Virus record (IMG/VR): IMGVR_UViG_3300044655_002046
Strand: one strand, 5' to 3'
DNA from: a virus
DNA: 64,000 bases
The translations under genes and the position numbers were made by a program. Under the pieces are notes generated by a model, which was given only the letters and a program-made list of their open reading frames with translations, ran no database searches and was not told the DNA's origin. This document shows positions 54,954 to 64,000 of the stretch, one piece after another. The number at the start of each line of letters is the position of its first letter. The first letter of the stretch is position 1.

Positions 54954-56073
54954 GACAACATACATACAGAGTTTGAGTAAGGCCCTCATTACTAGTAGTA
55001 CTGGCGTGAGCGCTATTAATGCAGGCGGTACTACCATTCACGCAGCCCTCCAGTTCTTCGACACTACTAGTCTATTACGCTCCGCTTCTGCTGGGACGCT
55101 GGCTACTAAGCTACGGGCTATATCTAATCTCTTCGATACCCTAGTCATAGATGAGATCAGCATGCTGCATGGCCCGCAGCTATCTATTATTCATTACGTA
55201 ATGGAGAAGAATAACATAAATATGAATCTCCTACTTGTGGGGGACTTCTGTCAGTTACCGCTAGTACCAGATAGGAAGGTTACTAGCACGCCGGTATATC
55301 AAACAGAATGCCTGCAGAACTTCGATATACAGTATTTACGGGAGGTCAGGCGTCAAAGCGACCCAGGCTTCATACAAGCACTGACTAGCGTAAGAGAAAG
55401 ACGGCCTCACGAAGCAGTAGATTGGTTCATGGATAATGTAGAGTTTGTCAATCAGATCGATAATAACTACGCGGGTACTACTATCCTGACTACTAATGAT
55501 AGTGTAGATAGATATAACGCCCTGCACCTAGCGCAACTAGAGGGGCCTAGTCGTCTCTACGCTAAGAATTATGTTATACCGAAGGGGGGCAGGGCCGCTC
55601 CTGAGTGGGGCCAAATACCTGAATCAGTAGAGCTAAGGAAAGGTGCCCGCGTTATTATACTTCGTAATAGGCTGCCTACATACGCTAATGGTGATATCGC
55701 TGTAGTCAAGGAGCTCATGACTGATACTATACTGGTGACAGTAGAACGTACCGGTCAGGAGACTATCATTGAATACGTGACACGAGATAATAAAGAGCTC
55801 GGCACTAACAAACTATTGGGGCGCTGCCACTACTTACCCGTTAGACTCGGTTATGCTCTCACTGTTCATCGTAGTCAGGGACTCACGCTTAATAACGTAC
55901 AGGCCCGTCTCAGTAATTTACGTTGGCTCAGCGGGGGCCTCTATACTATTCTTAGTCGTGTACGTCACTATAGCGGCCTCCGCCTGATAGGTACACGATC
56001 CACCTTCTGTGATAGTTGCTATATAGAGCCCTCTATTCTTAAATTCTATAATCAGTTAGGTACTAAATCATAA
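54895..56073 (+). CDS. PIF1/RecD/Dda-type SF1B helicase
   Basis: GPAGSGKT, TGVSA..GGTTIH, IDEISM, GDFCQLP, RRQSD, YALTVHRSQGLTL. Confidence 0.92.
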   Translation: MQITFNGPYQMLLGPAGSGKTTYIQSLSKALITSSTGVSAINAGGTTIHAALQFFDTTSLLRSASAGTLATKLRAISNLFDTLVIDEISMLHGPQLSIIHYVMEKNNINMNLLLVGDFCQLPLVPDRKVTSTPVYQTECLQNFDIQYLREVRRQSDPGFIQALTSVRERRPHEAVDWFMDNVEFVNQIDNNYAGTTILTTNDSVDRYNALHLAQLEGPSRLYAKNYVIPKGGRAAPEWGQIPESVELRKGARVIILRNRLPTYANGDIAVVKELMTDTILVTVERTGQETIIEYVTRDNKELGTNKLLGRCHYLPVRLGYALTVHRSQGLTLNNVQARLSNLRWLSGGLYTILSRVRHYSGLRLIGTRSTFCDSCYIEPSILKFYNQLGTKS

Positions 56074-56354
56074 TGCTGGATTTACTTAAATACTTGCGGG
56101 GGCGTATATCTGACTTCCGCGAACCATATCAATCTCGTACAGCCAAGGACGACGAGATCTTATGCTGGTTTCATGGCAACCGCCGTCTCGCGTGTGTTAG
56201 ATGGATTAAGGGTGGTTATTGTATTATCCCTAACTACCACCCTAATTTATTGAGCATCTTATCTACATTCAAGACAGCTCAACATTACAGTGACGAAGAA
56301 GCACCTGATGCCGTATACGAGGCTTACAGAAACCTATTTGATAACAATGGGTGA
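56073..56354 (+). CDS. hypothetical protein
   Basis: 93-aa ORF coupled to the helicase. Confidence 0.55.
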   Translation: MLDLLKYLRGRISDFREPYQSRTAKDDEILCWFHGNRRLACVRWIKGGYCIIPNYHPNLLSILSTFKTAQHYSDEEAPDAVYEAYRNLFDNNG

Positions 56355-56384
56355 ACTACTGTGATGTAGAATCTTTCATCAATT

Positions 56385-56506
56385 AATTGTCGTTAGGAAC
56401 TAGCGATACTGCCTATAGAGGGGATGTAAAAAAGTTGGGCGTAAGTCCGTCTTGAGGCAATCCCCCGTGAAATAGGAAGCTCTCAACAGAGTTGAGAGTA
56501 GTTCAC
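56385..56506 (+). mobile_element. TnpB-type right end / reRNA remnant without tnpB
   Basis: ggaactagcgatactgcc..ggggatgtaa..cgtaagtcc..cccccgtgaa..gaagctctcaac..gttgagagtagttcac. Confidence 0.6.
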
Positions 56507-56536
56507 ACCTAATTGTTAATCTAAGGGAAAGATGAA

Positions 56537-56863
56537 ATGCATCGAAATATAAGCACCGATGAAGCTATCAAGCTACTCAAAGAGGACGATAATGCCGATT
56601 GGTCGTGGTCGAGCGCTCGGGCCCTAGTAGAATACATTGAAGATATGGAAAGTGATGAGAATATACGTATTGAATTTGATAGGGTAGCTTTTAGATGCGA
56701 ATTCTCAGAGTATTCTAGCGCTTTAGAAGCAGCCCAAGATTACGGCTTTATACCAGAAGAAGAAGATGATGAGGATGATATCGAGTCATCTGCTATTACT
56801 TATCTAGAAGACAAAACAACAGTAATTAAATTTGAGGGGGGCGTTATTATTCAACAATTTTAA
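56537..56863 (+). CDS. acidic phage protein
   Basis: ARALVEYIEDME..IEFDRVAFRCEFSEY; very acidic. Confidence 0.65.
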   Translation: MHRNISTDEAIKLLKEDDNADWSWSSARALVEYIEDMESDENIRIEFDRVAFRCEFSEYSSALEAAQDYGFIPEEEDDEDDIESSAITYLEDKTTVIKFEGGVIIQQF

Positions 56864-56877
56864 TTAATTAGTTAGAT

Positions 56878-56936
56878 TTGACATCCTCACCACGCCACTT
56901 TTTAAGGGTGGGCGCTGAATGGGGTTGACGCTTCAC
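56878..56936 (-). mobile_element. second IS200/IS605 TnpB right-end remnant
   Basis: Minus strand GTGAAGCGTCAACCCC...hairpin...GAGGATGTCAA. Confidence 0.5.
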
Positions 56937-56964
56937 AATATTGTCATCTATACAGAGAGTATAA

Positions 56965-57351
56965 ATGCTTACTGAATTTTTGCATGATTGGGTCAAGTCT
57001 GAGCCTCACATTTGTGGGTATGGGTTGGGTACTTTTCGGAATACCTTTTTTATCGAACTATCTTGGGGTGATTGGATTTCTATCTCTACCTCTGGTCCTA
57101 ATCCCTTTTTGTTAGATAGAGGGTCGCTTGCTAAGTTGATCTATTTTTTTCAAATGCGACTAGATAGCTTTGGCTATGGCTGGGTTATTCAACGATTACC
57201 TAATAGTTATACTGTGACAGTTACCGTGAACCCCAATATTTACGAGACTTCACGTTGTTTTGTCTCTCGGCAAGAGTCTCTCATTGAGGCTCTGCTAGAG
57301 GTGTATTTAGAGGCGGTTGCTTATAAGAAAAAGTCGCTTTACGTTCAGTAA
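56965..57351 (+). CDS. hypothetical protein
   Basis: 128-aa ORF preceding the mini-gene array. Confidence 0.6.
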   Translation: MLTEFLHDWVKSEPHICGYGLGTFRNTFFIELSWGDWISISTSGPNPFLLDRGSLAKLIYFFQMRLDSFGYGWVIQRLPNSYTVTVTVNPNIYETSRCFVSRQESLIEALLEVYLEAVAYKKKSLYVQ

Positions 57352-57364
57352 AAGAAGGCATCTA

Positions 57365-60300
57365 ATGAAAGAGATTAGTACAAATTATTGGGCGCCCCAT
57401 AATGATTATGGGGCGCCTCATAATGATTATCTATGGGACGCACCTATACCTATTACTAACCCGCCAATAGCAAACGGTGATACTTTATACTATAGCTTCT
57501 ACGTTTATAATGCTGGGGGGCCCGCCAAGTTTTACGATAGACTGACAGGAAATGTTGAGGACGGTTATTTCGATGAAGATGATTAATTCTGACAATTGGG
57601 CCCCTCGTAATAGAAGAGCCCCGCATGCGTGGCTATATACTAAACCTATTACTGACCCGCCTGTTGACCAACAAGTGTATTTTGCTTATAGTCGAGAAGT
57701 CGCCTGGTTTTATTATAGACTAGGAGAATTTGCGTTATATGGCTTTTATGGGGGGCGATTACTTCAATGAGAGCGATTAGCTGTAATAAGCTTAATTACT
57801 TGTTTTATTATTATGAGGATGTGACCGTCGAGAGTCATATTCCTGAATTAAGCAGGTGCTCTATCGCCTATCATTACTACTATGAAAGCATGGGTGTCGA
57901 GGTTTATATCCTTGAACTGAACAAGTTACATGTTCCTATCCACCTGTTTTATCATAGATTAGGACATGTGTTATAATAACATTCTAGATAAGGACGGTTA
58001 TTTCTATGAAGATGATTAATTGTAATGATTGGGCCCCTCGTAATAGAAGGGCTGCGCATATACGGGATATACCTGTACCTACTACTAACCCGTTGATAGC
58101 AAACCGGAATAATTTATACTATAACTTTCATACTTATAGTGCCGGAGGAGTCGCTTGCGTTTACCGTAACCTATCATTATTTCTATGAAGAAGATTAATT
58201 GTAATGGTTGGGCTCCGCGTAATAAGCCGGTTCCGTATGAGTGGAGCGCACCCATACCTATTACTAACCCGTTGATAGCAAACGGTGATAGTTTATACTA
58301 TACTAACTTTCATACTTATAGTGCCGGAGGAGTCGCTTGCGTTTACCGTAACCTATCTGAGCCTACTATAACCTACCATTATTTCTATGAAGAAGATTAA
58401 TTGTAATGATTGGGCCCCACGTAATAAGCTGTTTCCATATAAGTGGGGCACCGCACCTATACCTATTACTAATCCGTTGATAGCACACCATAGTAGTTTA
58501 TACTATAACTTTTATGTCGGAGGAGTCGCTTGGGCTTACCATAACCTATCTGAGCCTACTATAACCTACCATTATTTCTATGAAGAAGATTAATTGTAAT
58601 GATTGGGCTCCGCGTAATCAGGTTCCAGATGACTGGGCCGCACCCATACCTATTACTAACCCGTTAATGTTGATAGTAACCCGTAATTATTTATACTACA
58701 GCTTTCATACTTATAGTGCCGGAGGAGTCGCTTGCGTTTATCATAATATAACCTATCTTAAATGGGCTTCGTATGAATGAAGTGTACCTGTACCTACTAC
58801 TGTTCCTCCAATAGCAGATGGTTATAGTTTATACTATAACTTTCATACTTATGGTGCCAGAGGAGTCGCTTGCGTTTACCGTAACCTATCATTATTTCTA
58901 TGTAACCTATCATTATTTTTATGAAGATAATTAATCCTAACGGTTGGGCTCCTCGTGATATTAAATGGGTTTCGTATGCATGGAATGCACCTGTACCCAT
59001 TACTAACCCTCTGATAGCAGATAATAAGTTATTCTATAACTTCTATTTTTATGGTTCTAGAGGAGGGCCTGCTTGGTTTTACTATGGATTGTTATATTTC
59101 GATGAAGATGATTAACGGTTGGTCTTCACGTAGTAAACTGAATACATATATCACTGACCCGTCGATTTTAGCAGACAGTGATAGTTTATACTACAGTTTC
59201 TATAACTATAACTTTCATACTTATAACGCTGGGGGGCCCGCCAGGTTTTACCATAGACTAGTGGGAGTAGCGTTGTATAGCATTCTAGATGAAGATAATT
59301 ATTTCGATGAGGATGATTGATTGTAATAATTGGGCCCCGCATAATAAGTCAAATATACCTATACTTATTACTGATCTGCTTATTAATGCAAACGGCTTAT
59401 TCGTATTTTTCGCCTGGTTTTATTATAGATTGGGAGCATCAGTGATATATCACTTTCTGAATAAGGATGGTTATTTCCATGAAGATAATTAATTCTAACG
59501 GTTGGGCTCCGCGTAATGTTAAATGGGCTTCGTATCATGAATGGAGCGGGCCTGTGCCTATTACTAGCCAGTCTATACTAAGTGATGGTAATTTATACCA
59601 TAGCTTCTATGTTTATAGGGAGGCAGGGGGGCTCGCTAAGTTTTACTATACATACCTATCACTAATCCGCCTCTAGTGAACGTTGATAATTTATACGATA
59701 GCTTTTATGTTTATGATGATGATGAAGAGGCTCGCTATATCTTATTATAGATTGGGAGCAGTGATATATCACTTTCTAAATAAGGATGGTTATTTCAATG
59801 AAGATAATTAATTGTAATGGTTGGGCTCCTCGTAATAATCCGGTTCTGTATGAGTGGAGCGCACCCATACCTATTACTAACCCGTTGATAGCAAACGGTG
59901 ATAGTTTATACCCTAGCTTTTATGATTATAATGCTGGAGGAGTCGCTTGGGTTTACTATAACCTATTTGGGCCTACTATAACCTATCATTACTTCTATGC
60001 AGATAATTAATTGTAACGACTGGACCCCACGTCATAAGTTAAATCTACCTATGCCTGTTAGGATTTATCTTAGGATTTATTATTGCGATGGCGCGGGTGT
60101 CCCAATCTATCTACCTGAATTAAATATTGACCAGTTTTATTATAGGTTGGTAAGCGTGTTATATAACATTCTAGATGAGGACAGTTATTTCAATGAAGAA
60201 GATTAATTCTTACTATTGGGCCCCGCTTAATATAAGACTTAAGACTGAGTGGACTCCATACACACCTGATGTGGAGCTTGATATGTTTTATTATGTACTG

Positions 60301-63300
60301 GCAAGAGTAGTATCCATTTTAGATGAAGACAATTGCTTCTATGAAGATGATTAATTATGAGTGGGACGCACCCATACCTATTACTAACCCGTTGATAGTA
60401 AACCGTAATTATTTATACTATAACTTTCATACTTATAGTGCCGGAGTAGTCGCTTGGGTTTACTATAACTTATCATGGATCATTACCACTACGAAAGTAT
60501 GAGTGTGGGTCTCTGGGTTTATCTACCTGAATTAGATAAGTTTTATGCTTCTATCAAGTTGTTTTATTATAGACTGACACTGTTCGCTAAGGACAATTTC
60601 TATGAAGATAGTTGATAGTGACAAATGGGCCCCACGTGATAAGTTGAATCTACCTATGTCTATTAGAGTTTATTATTACGATAACACAGGTCTTGTAAAT
60701 ATCGACCGGTTTTATTATAGACTGGTAAGCGTGTTTTATTATAACATTCTAAATGAAAACGGTTATTTCGATGAAGATGATTAATTGTAACAATTGGGCC
60801 CCGCATAATAGATTAAATATACCTATTACTGACCCGTCTGTTGACCTGCAGGTGTATTTTGCTTATAGTCCTGGAAGACTCTCCTGGTTTTATTATAGAC
60901 TGGGAGAATTTGGGACATATGGCTTTCTGAATGGGGGGCAGTTACTTCAATGAGAATAATTAGTTGTAACAAGCTTAATTACTTTTTTATTATTGTGAGC
61001 GCGTGGGTCTCGATACCTATACTCCTGAATTAAGGTTTTATGCTGTCGACCGATGTTACTATAGACTGGTAGCTGTGATATACGACATAGTAGATAAGCG
61101 TACATTTTATGAAGATGATTAATTGTAACGTTTTCAAACTTGCTTTGTTTTACGACTGGACTATCAAGAATAAGCTAAAGGCCCATACACTTATTACCTC
61201 TGTCGACAGGTTTTACTATAGACTAGTGGCTTTTATATATAACGCTCTATATGAGGATGATTATTTTGATGAAGAAGATTAAATCTCACAATTGGGCTCC
61301 TCGTTATGCGTGGACTCCATACATACCTACCACTAATCCGCCTCTAGTGAGCATTGATAATTTATACGATAGCTTTTATGTTTATAATGATGCTGGGGGG
61401 CTTGCTATGTTTTATTATATACTGGCATCACTTTCTGATAACAGATGGTTATAGTATAAACTATAACTTTCATGCTTATAATAATCAAGGGCTTGCTTGG
61501 TTTTACTGTAACCTATCATTAAGGGCTCGCTATATTTTATTATAGATTGGGAGCAGTGATATATCACTTTCTGAATAAGGATGGTTATTTCAATGAAAAA
61601 GATTAATTGTAACAATTGGGCCCCTCGTAATGTTGATTGGGCTTCGCATTATGAATGGAGCGGGCCTGTGCCTATTACTAGCCCGCTTATACTAAGTGAT
61701 GATATTTTATACTATAGCTTCTATGCTTATAATACTGGGGGGCCCGCTAAGTTTTACTATTTACTGATCCGCCCGTTAACCTACACGGATTATTAAGCAA
61801 ATTGTATTTTGCTTATAGTCTTGGGAGACTTGCTTGGTTTTATTATAAATTAGGAGAACTTGTAATATATAGCTTTCTTAATGAAGAGGACGATTACTTC
61901 AATGAGACTAATTAACTGTGACGAGCACATTGACGAGCACATTCAGATAAGTGACTTATTAGTTAAGCTCGATTATTATATTGCCTTGTTTTATTATGAG
62001 AACATGGGCCTCGATACCTATACTTTTGAATTAAGTAAGTTCTCTGGCTCTATCAACTTGTTTTATCATAGATTAGAACATTTACATAACACTCTAGATG
62101 AGAACAATTATTTCTATGAAGTTGATTAATTGTGACGCCCTGTTTTATTGTATGAGGGTATGTGTTTTTACAACTCCTGTACCTGAATTAGTCAGGTTCC
62201 ATGGTTCTATCAACCTATTTTATCATAGATTAGGAGATGTGTTATGTAGCATTCTAGATAAGGACGGTTATTTTGATGAAGATGATTAATTGTAACAATT
62301 GGGCTAATAACGATTGGACTCTACGTAATAAGTCGAATATACCTATACTTATTACTAACCCGCCGATTTTACTAAATGGTGATAATCTATACTATCTATG
62401 GGTCTATCGTTACTATCATAAAAGCATGGGTCTCGGGGCTTATATCCCTGAATTGGACAAGTTATATGATTCTATCGACTTGTTTTATTATAAACTATCA
62501 AATTTGTTATATGACTTTCTAGGGGAGGGGGATTATTTTTATGAAGAGGATTGATGACTGGGCTCCGCGTATGCCTATATCTATTACTGATCTGCCCGTT
62601 GACCTAGACAGATCATTAACCAAATTGTATTTTGCTTATAGTCCTAGAAACCTTGTTTATTATAGATTAGTAGTTCTTGTAATATATAGCTTTCTTAATA
62701 GAGAGAACGATTACTTCAATGAGAGTGATTAACTGTGACGCCCTGTTTTATTGTATAAGGGTATGTGTCTTTACAACTCATGTACCTGAATTAGTCAGGT
62801 TCCATGGTTCTATCAACCTGTTTTATCATAGATTAGGAGATGAGTTATATAACATTCTAGATGAGAACAGTTATTTCGATGAAGATGCTTAATTGGGACG
62901 CCCCGTTTTATTATCATGAGGGTATGTGGCTTATAACTTATATACCTGAATTAGACAGGTACCATGGTTCTATTTCTATCAACCCGTTTTATTATAGATT
63001 AGGAGATGAGTTATATAACATTTTATATGAAGACGGTTATTTCGATGAAGATGATTAAACGTAACAATTGGGCTCAGCGTAATAGATTAAATATATCTAT
63101 ACCTATTACTGATTCGCCCATTGACCTACACGAATTAATAGCTTATAGTCCTGGGAAACTTTCTTGGTTTTATTATAGATTAGGAGAACTTGTAATATAT
63201 AGCTTTCTTAATAGAGAGGACGATTACTTTAATGAGAGCGATTAGTTGTAATAAGCTTAATTACTTATTTTATTATTATGAGGATGTGACCCTCGAGAGT

Positions 63301-64000
63301 CATATTCCTAAATTAAGCAAGTGCTCTATCAACCGGTTTTATTATAGACTGGTAGCTGTAATACACAACATACTATATAAGTATACATTCTATGAAGATG
63401 ATTGATAACGATCTCGGGCTTGCTTTGTTTTACAACTTGATTCTGTACAATTGGAATGTGTATAATAAGCTGAAGGGGGCCTCTATACCTGTTAACGCTG
63501 TCAACCTGTTTTATTATAGACTGGTAAATGTATTGGATAACACATTTTAGATGAGAATGAATAAAGATGACATTATACATAAGGACGGTTATTCTGGTGA
63601 AGACTATTATATGTGACGAGTTAACTCTACACAATAAACTTAGAGCCTCTATGCTTATTGAGCCTTCCGTTAGGGCAACCGGCTTAGTGTCTAGGTTTTA
63701 TTTAATGAGCAGGTATTACATTGGTTCGTTTTACTCTAGATTATATAGCGCTCTAGATGAGAGTGATTACTTCAATGAAGAATATTTCTAACGATTGTCT
63801 GTTATCTTGGACTTTGAATAATGATTATCTCAATGCTTTGCGCTTGTTTCATTATTATGAAGTGATGGGTTTCGAGATCTATACTCCTAAACTAAGCGAG
63901 TGTTGCGGCTCTATCTTCCGGTTTTACTGTAGATTGATAAATATGTTAGAAATCATCCTAGATGAAGATGATATTTTAGATGAGGGCGATTATTTCGATG
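57365..64000 (+). repeat. tandem array of ~32 overlapping Tyr-rich mini-ORFs (about 50-90 aa), continuing past the window end
   Basis: Unit starts read at 57365, 57573, 57767, 58006, 58185, 58387, 58580, 58921, 59102, 59307, 59479, 59798, 59997, 60193, 60341, 60602, 60771, 60950, 61109, 61269, 61593, 61902, 62116, 62276, 62541, 62719, 62879, 63045, 63232, 63392, 63597, 63775; junction TATTTYNATGAAGANRATTAATTGTAA. Confidence 0.92.

Noticed and set aside
58797-63634. Minus-strand and alternative-frame ORFs within the array (58797, 59151, 61415, 63329; upstream extensions such as 57552, 59051)
   Set aside because: By-products of the repeat structure; true starts coincide with the conserved ATGA junction.
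57365-64000. DGR or CRISPR origin for the mini-gene array
   Set aside because: Differences between near-identical blocks are not adenine-specific, there is no RT, and units are coding mosaics without a constant repeat-spacer period.

Overview
A 64-kb segment of a large freshwater cyanophage, probably infecting Microcystis. Evidence for the host: nblA, Microcystis-style REP and TTATCAG repeats, pentapeptide and FGE/CLec genes, and a cyanobacterial CRISPR repeat. The gene set and order (thyX, BRO, phosphatase, recA, nrdA, nblA, nrdB, rIIA/B, phoH, dut, polA, UDG, dnaX, UvsW-like helicase, tRNA-Tyr) recall Ma-LMM01-like phages; this comparison is from memory, not a search. The core is a replication and nucleotide-metabolism module, almost all on the + strand. 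It includes an intein in nrdA and a family-A polymerase split into two genes, with a group I intron in motif A. Accessory DNA is rich in RNA-guided transposon material: an IS607 with a pro-Fanzor-type TnpB, an intact IsrB with omegaRNA preceded by a CRISPR-like array of 8 omegaRNA 5' ends, a second stand-alone omegaRNA, a non-autonomous derivative and several element-end remnants. Other highlights are three cas-less copies of a cyanobacterial CRISPR repeat (mini-array or Racr-like), a promoter-driven ~200-nt tRNA-ended ncRNA, a DGR-type variable region without RT in the window, and strong GG(G)CC(C) enrichment. The last 6.6 kb is a chain of about 32 overlapping, mosaic, Tyr-rich mini-genes that runs off the window edge. 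All calls come from reading motifs by eye; no database searches were run.
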